Of a DNA stretch of 64,000 bases, positions 37,617-50,370 are shown piece by piece (position 1 is the stretch's first letter; each line of letters starts with the position of its first letter). The DNA is from Chiloscyllium plagiosum (taxonomy: Eukaryota). Position numbers and translations under genes: made by a program. The stretch is taken from the NCBI RefSeq assembly GCF_004010195.1, contig NC_057711.1:70882467-70946466 (forward strand). Reading direction: 5' to 3'. The notes beneath the pieces were generated by a model. That model saw nothing but the letters and a program-made list of their open reading frames with translations, was not told where the DNA came from and did no database searches.

Positions 37617-38480
37617 ACATAGAACACAGAACATAGAACATAGCACAGTACAGGCCCTTCGGCCCTCGACGTTGTGCCGACTTTTTATCCTACTCTCAGA
37701 TTAAACTAACCTACATATCCTACATTTTACTAACTTCCATGCGCCTATTCAAAAATTGCTTAAATTGTCCCTAACGTATCTGATTCTACGACCACTGCTG
37801 GAAATGCATTCCACGCACCCATCACTCTCCATGTAAAGAACTCTGACATCTCTCCTAAACCTTTCTCCAATCAACTTAAAATTATGCCTCCTCGTATAGC
37901 CATTTCCAACCTGGAAAAATTCTCTGGGTATCCACTCTATCTATGCCTCTCATCATCTTGTACACCTCTATCAAATAATCTCTCATCCTTTTTCATTCCA
38001 ATGAGAAAAGCCCTAGCTCCCTCAACCTTTCTTCATAAGACATGCCCTCCAGTCCAGGCAGCATCCTGGTAAATCTCCTCTGCACCCTCTCCAAAGCTTC
38101 CACATCCTTCCTATAATAAGACAACCACAACTGAACACAATATTCCAAGTGTGTTCTAACCAGGGCTTTATAGAGTTGCAGGATAACCTCATGGCTCTTA
38201 AAGGAGAAAGTGAGGTCTGCAGATGCTGGAGATCAGAGCTGAAAATGTGTTGCTGGAAAAGCGCAGCAGGTCAGGCAGCATCCAGGGAACAGGAGAATCG
38301 ACGTTTCGGGCATAAGCCCTTCTTCAGGATTCCTGAAGAAGGGCTTATACCCGAAACGTCGATTCTCCTGTTCCCTGGATGCTGCCTGACCTGCTGCGCT
38401 TTTCCAGCAACACATTTTCAGCTCATGGCTCTTAAACTCAATCTTAAACTAATGAAAGCCAACACACCATACTTTTTTTA
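37617..38480 (-). mobile_element. CR1 3' end (minus strand), interrupted by a hairpin insertion
   Basis: (AGAACAT)n tail, CAGGCCCTTCGGCCCTCGA and reverse complement of the LERVQRRFTRM region. Confidence 0.88.
38203..38421. mobile_element. Near-perfect hairpin Penelope-terminus insertion (same young family as 19876)
   Basis: Arms of ~95 bp are centred on base 38330. TSD CTCATGGCTCTTAAA at 38188-38202 and 38422-38436. Hammerhead-like motif on both arms (38300-38327 minus, 38333-38360 plus). Confidence 0.92.
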
Positions 38481-40104
38481 ACGTAATGTCTCACATATCA
38501 CATTATACTTATGAAGATTAGATATGATGAAAATATGTACAATTAAAAGTTAATATGACTTCAGTCTCTTTGCAGGCCTGCAATTTCCTAACTGAAGTGA
38601 AGATCTGGTAGAGTTTCCTCAGTAAGCTGCATGGTTTCAGGAAGTCACTTGCCCAAACATCAACTTTTAGGTGAACATGTAACTGGAACAGGGTAGGGGA
38701 GAGACACCCCTTTCTTTTTCAAGGTATGGCTCTTTTACCTTGATTGCATTGTCTTGCAGCTGATACAGTGACATTCATATGATCTTTTGGAAGTTATCTC
38801 ATGATATTTCTCTTAGATATTATTTTATTCAAAGCAGGAGACAAAAATGGCTGCCTTGCCCTGTAACAAACGCTGAACTTTTTTCCAAATAATCTAGTCG
38901 ACTAAGTCAATCAGCATCCTGTGGTTGTGGCTTTCCACATCGTATAGTTTTAGAGAGTGAATGTCTTTGTGTTTGGAAGAGAGCCAAGATAGTACAAGAA
39001 AAGTGGATGGGTTTCATTTACATTAGTCGAACACACATTGGGTTTCGCTGTGTCTTTTGTGTCTGACTGACTTTTTCTGATTAGCTTTCAATGAATGCAT
39101 TGAGTGTGGAAGGTACCCTTCATTTTCTCTTGAGACCATTGAGAGTGATTCAATCACAGGAAGTCACGTGATCCTCAGGTTTTGATGCAGGCTTTTGTCA
39201 TTACCATTACGTTTAAAAATACAGCTTTGAAATGTTGAAGTTATCTTCAGAGCTGTACAAGGCATGACAGCTTTAATAAATACCTGCAAATCTGGAGCCA
39301 CTGCAGTGTGTGTTTCAGGCAAAAACTAAGTAAGCTACAACTTAAAGCCTCACATTATGAGGGTCAGCTAAATATAAGAAAAGACAAAACTTCAAGTTTT
39401 ACATACTCAGTTGAAAAACAAAAGGGACAGGGAAGAAAAAACTCTATAAAATGCATGTTAGTTCTCATAACAATAATATACTTACATGATTACATGGTTA
39501 TGATGAGAAACAGTGCTGCTTGGATGTCAAACATGTTCTCCCAGCCTCCATTCAAGAAATGCAATATTCAGACTCTCTGGCTCCTGTGTCTCATACTGAT
39601 GAACTGCAGCACAACGCTATGGGTCAAAACAGCCTTACAAAATGCTGGACTCAAATCATTTTCAGGTCCCCATTCCATGTTCCAAATACCTGAACTAGAT
39701 GGGAAGCCCATGCAAAGGCTACGTCAGCCATATCTGAGAGTTATGGTTCATATGATACTCTTACTCATCTTAGTACTGATGTCAGTGGAAAAAGGTTGAT
39801 ACAAGGAGACAGGCTAATATTCTGCAGGAGAAAATTGAGGAATTAGAATTCATGCTTGAATCTTGGAATTGTTTGTTGGATCTTTTCCACAAAACTAGCA
39901 AGGCTTACCGGAGACAGTGTTAGTACACAGACGGAGCTTTATGTGTCACTTTCTGATTTCTTGAAAGAAACTTGAGAATGTATTAATGAAATTGAACTAA
40001 AAGGAGAATAAAACCTGTCTGTTGTAAACTAAAAGCTTGTGAATAAAAGGAAAAGAATAAGCACAAAGTAAGTCAATGATAGTGACTGGAAAGTTTGAAT
40101 TACA

Positions 40105-40476
40105 GGGAGAGGCTGGATAACCTGGGACTTCCCCTGTATGGTGAGTAGCCAAGCTCTTTTCCCAAAGATAGGTGAGTCCAAAACTAGAGAGCTTGGATTT
40201 AGGGTGAGATGCGAAAGACTTAAAAGGGATCTGAGAGGCAGCTTTATCACACAGAGGAGGTGTGTGTATGGAATAAGCTGCCGAGGGTGTGGTAGATACA
40301 GATAGAGTTACAAAATTTAGAAGACATTTGGACCGGTACATGAATAGGAAAGATTTAGAGTGATATGGGCCAGACGCAGACAAATGGGAGTAATTAAGTT
40401 TGGGATACCAAATTGGCACAGACCAGTTGGACCAAGGGGTCCATTTCCATGCTGTATGGCTTTGAATGTATGACTT
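40105..40476 (+). mobile_element. CR1 3' end fragment
   Basis: GAGAGGCTGGATAA..., GAGTCCAAAACTAGAG and tail TTTCCATGCTGTATGG...TATGACT. Confidence 0.8.
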
Positions 40477-42624
40477 TGTGCTACACCAAATGTTGGTGAA
40501 ACACATTGTCCAGAAGATAAAATACAAGTAAAATCCTTTATTCCTATGATTGATGCACATGAAATCAAATTGAAGAAAAGAACAAAGGAAATACAGCAAA
40601 CAATTTTTCACTTTTAGTTCATTTCGATATCTCCATTTAGGTGTAAAGGTTGTAATGAAAGATAATCCTATCGTTGTCTAACTTCAGCTCACTGGAGAAA
40701 TAAAGCAGTTCCAAGCTCATGCCATGGAGTAGAGGTCTGGTAAAATGTGGAGAGTTATTCAAATAGAGGACATTTATGACACAGCGCCCTTTATTAAGGC
40801 ATTATCCAAGGTAAAATTGAATTGGTTTTCCCTATAAACACAAGTTAGAAGCCCTTTTTTGAGTCTAAAGGTAAGACACAGCTCAGGAGAAAGATCATTT
40901 TGCAGCCGGAAAGCTTCAAGAAGTAACTGTTGACAACAATGGTGCAACAAAAGCAGTCTGCACGAAGCACTGTGTGCACAGTAAGAGATCAACTGTGTTG
41001 TGTATCATTTGAGGACATCATCAATAACTCTTCTATTCAAAAATCATCAAATAAGTTTTTTAAAAATTATGCTGGTTGTGTTGCTGCTTCCTGTTTGCTC
41101 TATGTTGATCTGTGTAATTGCCTTTGTGTTGTTGTAGAGCAAAAATGTTCTTATATGCTAATTAAGAAATCTTAAAACATTTTCATTCAAAAGTAATTTT
41201 TAATGTGAATAGGCTTATAAAGATATATATTTTGGTTGGATTATTAGTTTCTTGTTGTAGCTTCACCTATGTATATATACAATATAGCTTTGATTCTATT
41301 TATTTTCATTTTCCTTTTTGTGAGTGAGGTATACCTTTTCTCAGCATTACTGTAGGGTCTCTTGAGCCGAACAAAGTCAAAGGCCTCAGCTTGTCATAAT
41401 TTGCCACTGGACCCCTGAACTACACTGAGTTGAGCAATTATGAAGAAAATAAATTTAGTGGAAGAAGAAATTAGGATACCTGGTCAGTATGGATAAATAG
41501 GATCGAAGGGTCTATTTCCATGCTGTATGACTCTCTGACTATATATTTATATTGGGCTGTAACAAGTAGAATAATTTTGGCATATATTTTTAGTGTGAAA
41601 CATAAATTAATTCTGCAAATAACATTCATAAAATGTAAATGATAATTCTGTTTATTAGATTTATTGCACGGACATTTATTCAGATTCAGATTATAGAAAA
41701 TAATTTTCTTCAATCCTGGATTTAAAAAAAATTATAAGAACACATTTCAGACTTCACATAGGCCCAAATAATAGTGCTTAGTTTGACATTAAGTACTTCT
41801 TGTCACTAAGGAGACAAAGGACCTTTGCAATATTTCTTTGCTTCTTGCTTGACTTCTTAGCAGAAATGCTTTTCTAAGGAGACTGCATACAAAGTGAAAG
41901 AGTTGTCAGATGACTGGGTTGCCATGTTAGGGAGGTGAATTCAGACTTTCAGGCATGACAGGCATTCTGCACTCTTTCACTCAGCAATTGGAGCCCTTGA
42001 AGTATTCTGCTCTGTTTGTGGTGGCAACTCACTCACAACGCAGCCGATTAATCTCTAATTCTCTGGCTTGTTTATGAACCAAGACTGACGGTGCTGCTTG
42101 TAGAAGAATAATAAGATTGGTAAAGAAACCTGACAAATAGCAACAGCATACTATTTTGATATGTGAGACTCAAGAAGGGTCAAAATACACTCTTCAATTT
42201 TATATAATAGCTTTATGTTCATGTACACAAAACAGATTCAGGTATCTGTCAGTGAAGACTAATTAAGAATGAAAGGCTGTGGAGGATTGACTGTAAATTT
42301 TATGACATATGAATCTGTGGTTGTATGGTAATTGTGTTTGCAGATGTAATGTGAAGCTAAGGGCAACTTGGAAATAAGATCTGCTTCCTGAAACCATATG
42401 TTCTGCATCATAAAATGTGGCCAACCTTCATCTTGTGACTATATCCTATACACAATTCAAGAATCATTGTAGACTGACAAAGGGGGCAGGGATGTGAAAT
42501 GTCAGAATCTGAACATTTTTGTGCACAATACATTATAATAGTTAAATGATGGCAGAGAACACCTTATTTTGTTTAGGCCTTCTACCTGATCCATTTTGGT
42601 ATCAAATTATACCTTTGTGAATGG

Positions 42625-42898
42625 CATGGCACTCATCCACAGATTCAATCAATAAGCATATCGATCTGGATCCAATATACCAACCACAGCAACGGACAGC
42701 TGGAACTGACAACTGGACGCGGCAGATTCAAACCACGACAAATGCCGGAGGAAAGATCACAGAAGCGCTTCACAGGAGGCTCCCAAGCACTGAGCATGTC
42801 ACTTAGACAGGGGACGAAACATCTGCAACACAAATTCCCAGCTCGGCGAACAGAACCACAACAACGAGCACCCGAGCTACAAATCTTCTCACAAACTT
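42625..42898 (+). mobile_element. Penelope-like element 3' end, family C
   Basis: Encodes AWHSSTDSINKHIDLDPIYQP (GIY-YIG C-terminus). Hammerhead-like motif at 42790-42823. Candidate TSD TGAATGG. Confidence 0.75.
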
Positions 42899-43066
42899 TG
42901 AATGGACATCCATTGTTGCTAGGTGCTCTGTTTTGTGGGCATAGTAAGAAAACTCAAATAACAGATTTTAGGCAATCTACAGCTTTTTATAAACTTTTTC
43001 ATGAATTTTTCTGTTGGAATTTGAGTTTTCTTAAACTTTTCTGTGAAATGTTTAATTTCCCGTGTC

Positions 43067-43270
43067 TAATAGGGTTTCCTCCAGTTGCTTAGGTTTCCTC
43101 CCACAATCCAAAAGATGTGTAGGTCAGGTGAATTGGCCACGCTAAATTGCCCATAATGTTAGGTCCATTACACAGGGGTAAATATAGGGTAGGGGAATGG
43201 GTTAATCTTTGGAGGGTTGGTGTGTACTTGTTGGGCCAAAGGGCCTGTTTCCATACTGTAGGGAATCTAT
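43067..43270 (+). mobile_element. 5'-truncated HE1-type SINE
   Basis: GGTTTCCTCCCACAATCCAAAAGATGTG...GGGCCAAAGGGCCTGTTTCC. Confidence 0.85.
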
Positions 43271-43469
43271 TATATAAAAATCTAAATCTTATTCACTCTT
43301 GTTTCCCTCTACTTTGTCCCTGTAGACTCTACACATTCTGAAATTGTTCCTGAAGGTTGGTGAATAACAAATGTATGAATGTGATATGAATGTAAATGTG
43401 TATATGTATATATGTTTCTTACTGTGGAAGAAAACAAGAGAAAATGGGGAGCAACTAACATGTTAGCTT

Positions 43470-44275
43470 GATATCAGTATTAAGAAAAATGTTAGAACCT
43501 GTTGCAAAGGATGTGATAGCCTATTTAGAATATTTAGAAAATAATGGTAGGATTAGGCAGAGTCAAGATGGATTTGTGAAAACAAAATCATGTTTGGCAA
43601 ACCTGTTGGAGTTTTTTTTGAGGAGCAGAAGGGGGAACCAGTGAATATGGTTCAGAAGGCTGTCAGAAGGTTTTTGACAAAGTCCTCCACAAAAAATAAA
43701 GAATCTGAATTAAAGAACATGGGATTGAGGAAAATATACCGGTATAGTTAGAAAATTGGATAATGGGCAAAAAAGAATAGGAAAAATAAGTTGTTCTCAG
43801 TTCAACAGACAGGCTGGTGGGATATATCTACGCTCAGTGCTTCGGCCCCAGCTATTCACAATCTGTATCAAGAATTAAATGTGGAGACAAAAAGTAATAT
43901 CTTCAAGTTTGATGATTACGCAAAACTAGGTGGAAATGTGTGTCCTACTGCAAAGAAGCTTCAAGTGGATTTAGACAGGTTAAGTGAGGGGCAAGAATAG
44001 AACAAATGGGATCTCATGCTGAAAAAGCTGAAATGTAAAATATTTCTTAATTGGGAGAGATGAATAGATGTCCAAAGGGGCCTGAGTCGCTGAAAACATG
44101 CAGGTGCGGCAGCCAATTAAGAAGGAAAATGATATATTGGTTTATACTGCAAGAGAATTTGAGTACAGGAATAATAAAAAAAGGTTTGCAGTATCTGAAT
44201 AGAATTCTGGTGATATCAGTCCTTCAGTTTTGAGTACAGTTTTGGTATCTTCCAAAAGGAAGAATATACTTGCAG
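43470..44275 (+). mobile_element. Decayed CR1 RT fragment
   Basis: AGTCAAGATGGATTTGTGAAA (SQ.GF) and KFDDYAKLGG (FADD.KLGG). Confidence 0.7.
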
Positions 44276-44568
44276 GAGCCAGGGTGGGTGAAAGTGCATT
44301 GGTAATGTCACTAACATAATAATCCAGAATCCTAGTTAAAATGCTAGTGAGAAATATTTGTAATCAATAAGAAGAACATCTGCATTAAAAAAATGCTAGC
44401 CTACTGGTGGCCATGTAACCACTGTTGATCATTGTTGATCATCATGAGGACAGTAACATGGAGGGGTTCAAGTGCTCATTTGCTGTGTTAGTTTCTTGTT
44501 AGACTTATAGACTTTAAGCTACTTAAAGTGGATTCACGCCAGTGTACAAAAATCAACCCAAACTCAAA

Positions 44569-44688
44569 GATTTGGAGATGCCAGTGTTGGACTGGGGTGT
44601 ACAAAGTTAAACAATCACACAACACCAGGTTATAGTCCAATAGGTTTAATTGGAAGCATTAGCTTTTGGAGCGCTGCTCCTTCATCAA
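44569..44688 (-). mobile_element. Penelope terminus fragment, family B
   Basis: Matches the left arm of 4344-4587. Confidence 0.75.
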
Positions 44689-46032
44689 CTTTAAAGGTTA
44701 CACTTAAACAGAGGACAAACTTGAAAAACTGGTACTTATAGCTGACAATTAGAAACAAAAGGAAAACTGGGTCATTGAATGAGTTATAAAACTACTATTT
44801 CTTCGGCTTGAAATTAGTCCAGCAGTTGATCTTCTGGAATGGAAATGAGCTTATGAGCTCCAAGGACTAATTGCAAGATGCATTGAAAAGAATTATACAA
44901 AACCACTTAATATTTCATTTATTACTATTCATTGGGCAGTAAAGGAAACAAATCTGCCAGATTGCTGTGTTCATCTAAAATGATACAATTAAACTGCATT
45001 AATGGGACAGTGAAAAGGAGGTTTTGTATTGCACTCAAATTATGTTAACTCTCCAATGGGACTATTTGATGATGTATTGACTGTAAAAAATGTTCCAATT
45101 CCTTATCATCACTGCTCCTCTAAATAGCTTAAAAGGATAAAGTAGCATCAGAAAACGAAGAATCTGGCTAATATGCAATTTTGTTTTAAGCAAAACAAGT
45201 AATTCATACTGTGAAATCATGATGAGTCAAATTTGTATGTCACAAGGTTGTGGCTGGGTTGAAGTCATCAGCCATTTCCACCAGCAGCATCGCAAAACCA
45301 ATCGAATAATGGCCATGTTAAGAAATTCCACGTTGGTAACTCCAGGTTAGCTGTACTTGCAGAAGCTTTTCAAATCCACGCTGACCAATAAGAGAGGAGC
45401 AAAGCCTCTCAAGAGCAGAGTGAGGCCAACATATCTGATGATGAGACTTATGTTGCTTGGCTGCTGGAGATTGGCCTGGAGATTCCAATAGAGACAGCCA
45501 TAGAGATTTATGCCAAATGGGAACTCTCCATTACAGATAACACAAATGTGGATGCAATATGTTCTTCAAGCAAAGGGGCCAATACCCTTGTACATCCACC
45601 TGCTTGTCCTCAAACTTCTCCAGTAGATGTCATAAGATTCAGAGGCGCTTAGGAGTTGGCACTGCAACACAAAAGCACTAACAACATGTTTCACTGTATG
45701 TTCTTATCCAGAGAGCATGGTATAAACAGATTTGATTACTGAGTTTTTTTTTCTGGAGCTATCTCCTGAAATTGTTCAATGTCTTTTTCGAGGTTAAGCC
45801 ACTATAAAGTGTGAACAAATTGAATAAAGAGATTTTCACACATTTACCGTTTTATTACATTCTCATGTGGTATTTTCTTTGACAAAAAGTGTATTTCTAG
45901 CCACACCAGATTATTTAGGAGCCTTCTTGGTTATCTCAAATTTATAGGTGGATCCCGAAGGTTTGTCTGTTTGGGATTTTGCTCTATTTCTTTGAACAAT
46001 GTCCCATTGGAGGTATAATACCCCAAAGGGCA

Positions 46033-46250
46033 CCAGTTAGCTTAGATGGCTAGATTCCACCACAGAGTGCTTTCACCAACGTGAGTTCAATTCATGCACC
46101 AGCTGAGGTTATACCATGAAGGACTTTCCTTCTCAATCTTTCCCCTCATCTGAGGCATGATGACCCTCAGGTTAAATCACCACCAGTCATCTCAATGTAA
46201 TATGCAAGCAGCCCCCTATGGTCTGGTTAGACACTGGTGACCTCACTTTT
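46033..46250 (+). mobile_element. tRNA-derived SINE (non-HE1 family)
   Basis: GTTAGCTTAGATGG A-box and GAGTTCAATTC B-box; homologous to the reverse complement of 46335-46553. Confidence 0.7.
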
Positions 46251-46254
46251 CATC

Positions 46255-46745
46255 CAAAATCCTGGTCTAATGATCAGGAAACATAAGTACAATTTCCAGA
46301 ATGACAGCTAGGAAACTTAAATTCAACTAATACAAGTTGCATAGTCTTAACAGGCCAGTGGGCAGCTCTCTAATGAGGGAGAGGCGAATGGTGAAGATTT
46401 AACCTGAAGGCCAACACAACTCAAATGAGGGGATAGGTTGAGAAGGAGAATCTTTCATGGTAACCCCAGCTGGTGAGGGAATTGAACCCATGCTGTTGGC
46501 ATCGCACTGCTTTGCAAACCAACCATCCAGGCAATTGAGCTAACCCAACCCCCAATTCAATTAATTAAATAAACACTGGAGTACAAGTGTTAACATTAAC
46601 AATGGTAACCATGAGACTACTGAATAGTTCTAAAATCAAAGTCATATGGTTCTGTAATGTCCTTTTAGAAAATAACTCTACCAGCCTTATCTGGTGTGAC
46701 CTATGACTCCAGACTCACAGAAATATGATTGACACTTAACTGCCA
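46255..46745 (+). mobile_element. Old SINE-like element interrupted by the SINE at 46327-46553
   Basis: AATGGTAACCATGAGACTAC...AATGTCCTTT...TGACTCCAGACTCACAG...CTTAACTGCC; a related piece lies at ~44295-44430. Confidence 0.5.
46327..46553 (-). mobile_element. tRNA-derived SINE (same family as 46033), opposite orientation
   Basis: Minus strand GGTTAGCTCAATTG...GGGTTCAATTCCC. Candidate TSD AATTCAA (46320-46326 / 46554-46560). Confidence 0.7.
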
Positions 46746-46758
46746 CATACAATGAAGT

Positions 46759-46966
46759 GAAAGTGAGGACTGCAGATGCTGGAGATTAGAGTCAAAAGTA
46801 TGGTGCCGTAAAAGCACGGCAGGTCAGGCAGCATCCAAGGAGCAGGAAAATTGATATTTCGGGCAAAAGCCCTTTATTCCTGATGAAGGACTTTTGCTCG
46901 AAATGTCAATTTTTCTGCTCCTTCAATGTGCCTGATGTGCTGTGCTTTTCCAGCACCACACTCTCG
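46759..46966. mobile_element. Hairpin Penelope-terminus insertion (older family-A variant)
   Basis: GAAAGTGAGGACTGCAGATGCTGG arm and its inverse; CTGATGAAGGACTTTTGCTCGAAATGTC at ~46880. Confidence 0.8.
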
Positions 46967-47160
46967 AAAGTTAAAAATCACTCAACACTAGGTTATGGTC
47001 CAATTGGTTTATTTGGAAGCACTGGCTTTCAGAGTACTACTCCTTCTTCAGGTGGTTATGGAGGTCCTCCACAACCACCTGATGAAGGAGCATCGCTCCA
47101 AAAGCTAGTGCTTCCAAATAAACCTGTTGGACTATTACCTGGCGTTATGTGATTTTTAAC
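46967..47160. mobile_element. Hairpin Penelope-terminus insertion, family B
   Basis: AAAGTTAAAAATCA...TGATTTTTAAC inverted arms; CTGATGAAGGAGCATCGCTCCAAAAGCTA at 47079. Confidence 0.8.
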
Positions 47161-50070
47161 GTTGATCACTTAATAGCCGGTATGCTAAACCAGAGGCAGA
47201 ATGATAGTTCAAGAAATAAAACTTTTGTAGTATCAATCCAGGTGTAAAATGTAAAAATAGATCTGAGGAATCCTATAGTTCCAGTTGAAAATCAATAATT
47301 TTGTAAACTTTAAGTGGATTGTTATATCATACAGATGGCGAGACTTCACCAAAGAAAATCAAATAAAAGCTAGATCACTTTCAGTGCCTGATTTACATCT
47401 TTTTCTTTTTATGGGGCCTGGCAAATTTAGAATCAGAAAATGCTAGAAACATTCAGCAGGTCAGGTGGCACCTGAACTGACAGCACTCAATTCTGTCTTA
47501 CTGACTTCACTTTAGTATATCTTGATCTGAATTTGCAAAATATGTCTCAGTATATAACACATTTAGTTTGCATGAGCATTTGAGCCAGGCATACATTACA
47601 CTTTCAAGAGATATTAGGGATAAAATTCCCCTATGTACTACTTTTAGACGCCCTGTTCATGATTTAAAATCCATTTTTGAGTAAGTCAGTGACTAATTTC
47701 ATTTAAATTGAGTGCAGAAGAATTTAATTTAAACGTGTTCAATCGTACTTTATTTACTTAAATTTGAATCTAAAACTGTCCAAATCAAATTTGATATACC
47801 CATAAGCTAATGCATCATTTCTTGAACAAAGGAACAGAAATCAACATAATTATATTTGAAATTTTAGCTTTGGATTTAATCCTTCTGCATAAATGGAAAT
47901 TGCTGGGGAAACTCAGTGGCAGCATCAGTGGAGACAAAGCAGAGTCAATGTTTCGCGTTCAGTGGCTCTTCCTCAGAATGCAATTTCTGTTTTTGTTTCT
48001 GATTTCCAGTATCTGCAGTTCTTTTTTTAGGTTATTATGAGATTTTTAAAAACTGAGGCAGCAGGTCAGAAATTTAGGGAGAGGGGTCCATACTGTAGGA
48101 AGCAGTTGTAAGCTCTTGTCACCAACGATGAAGCAGTTTTGGGAAGGCGAGTGGGAGGTGCCCTCGGTGACAGTTTAGGAGGACATAAAAGATGGAAAAG
48201 AATGCAAAGATGGGAAATGTTTTAAAATTTAATTCATTGGAGAATGTTGTGTCAATAGCAAAGAGGAAGTTGTGTGGCACTACATACATGCATATGTGTT
48301 TTTTGACCAATTGGTGTTTATGTACAGTGATAATCAATATGAAGACCAGCAGATCATTCAAGATTGGATCCTTCAGGGACTGAGTAAGATTAGAGATGGG
48401 CAATGCTGTGAATCAGGAAGGAAGTATAAGGAGTTGTGACTGAGAAAGTAGACGATTTAAATTTAAGCTCGTAATTGAGCAGGATACTGAAGCTCAAATG
48501 GAATCAGTGACAAGGGTTCAACATCATGAGAGGTGTGAGGGATCATGGCTTTTGCTTTCTCAACACTGAACTTGTGAAGTTGTAATTTATCCAAGCTTTG
48601 ACGTAGACAGCATCTAATCAATGGGTAAGTCAAGAAAAGTAACATCTGCAATATATGTGGAAGTTGCAATTGGTGGAGTGTGGATAAGAGGAAGATGTTG
48701 TAAAGTACCAGCTTTTACTCCTTTATCATCAATGGAGAAAAAAATGTATTTATGATGTCAACATGTTTTAGGTCAATGGTGTTGTGCTGTTCAAATATTT
48801 TGAATAAAATCTCCAGCTTGTTTTTTCGAACTGAAAAACCTAGATGGTTGCACAATTACTTCATTGTACAGAAATGTAGTCTCAGGTATGTTTTCGTATA
48901 AATGCCTCATATATGTTATCACAGGTGTGTCTGTCAAATACCTTTGTCTCAATATGAATTACATCGACATTATAAGGTATGAAACCATTAGGATTCTGGA
49001 ACTAAGCCACCTCAGTGAATTTGACATATTTAATTTTGGGGATTTGGAGAGGATATATGGCAAATGTTTAGGGATTACACTCCCTTCCCCAGAAAAAGAA
49101 GCAAAGGCTATGTAATGTTTTCAAGATGAAGCCCCACTGTTACTGATATGATGTTGTAAAATAAAACTAGTAAATTCAAGAAGAGAAAACAATGTCATTA
49201 TTATTTATTGGCCTGTATTGCTATGATCGGTTTGAAATTTTCATCTGTCAGTTGACCTTTAAAGATGACCTGTCATAAAGTAAAGATTTTACAGTCCTGT
49301 TGAAACTCTTTCTCAGACTCCCTGCTTCTGAAAGCATATTACCCTGCTAAAAGCAATCACAAGACAAGGAACCTTAATTTAACCTCAGCCAGCAGCAGTA
49401 GATCCCCTGAGACACATGGATGACGGATAATATAGCAGCAAGCAGAACCAATCCAAAATTCATTGAGTCAAAGACAGAAGAGTAGAATACACTACGTTAT
49501 GTTTCTGACTACCTCTTCTTTATGAGGACTTGTGCACTTTCATTTGCAATAGCTGATAAAAATGTTTAAAGCTTTAAAAGGTCAGATGCATGTTTGAAAC
49601 TTCCATTCCTCTCAGGTTGTAAATAGCTTCCAAGTATTTTGCTTCAAACACACATTGGAGTTTAATAGTTTTTCTTGCCCAATATACATCTTGCCACTCA
49701 ATCTAACATCTGCTTATAAAGTTATTGATTTGAGTATCTCATTTTGCCACAGACCATGTTGAAATGTATGATTTAATTCAAAGAACACTCATTAGCAATT
49801 TCCAAAGCTACTGATTAATAAGAAAATATTCTAACAAATCATGATATTTTACACTTTAATAGTATTGCCTTATAATTCTCATACAATTACCTTTGCTATA
49901 ATGTAGTTTAGTGAACCAAGATGTCCTGACTGATGTGGTATTGTGTTAAGTGCAGCAGGGGTTTCCATGCAAGAGCAAATTTGTGAAATGGTTCCATATT
50001 TAATCTTTCAAATAAATCCTCATACAATGATTTCATTCCTAGCAGTGCTACTGTGGCAAGGCTTTTGACA

Positions 50071-50370
50071 AGGTAGTTTAAGTTGGATACTAGTTCATTT
50101 TTTGACTGTCAGTTTTAAATCTGTTAAATTTTTTTGTTGTGGAATTTTACACTTCTGTGACTGTACTGCTACATATACAATACATAGTGACAGCTACAAT
50201 ACACAGTACCCCAAGCGAGAGGTAGTTTAAGTTGGATACTAGTTCATTTTTTGACTATGTCAGTTTTAAATCTGTTCAATATTTTTGTTGTGGAATTTTA
50301 CACTTCTGTGACTGTACTGCTACATATACAATACATAGTGACACCTACAATACACAGTACCCCAAGCGAG
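50071..50370. repeat. Tandem duplication of ~150 bp (50071-50219 / 50220-50370)
   Basis: Both copies run AGGTAGTTTAAGTTGG...CCCCAAGCGAG and differ by a 2-bp indel and a few substitutions. Confidence 0.95.

Noticed and set aside
39308..39799. 163-aa ORF
   Set aside because: No recognisable motif, non-ATG start and no splice support.
49253..49271. TGACCT-N7-TGACCT nuclear-receptor-like direct repeat
   Set aside because: Non-canonical spacing and expected by chance in 64 kb.
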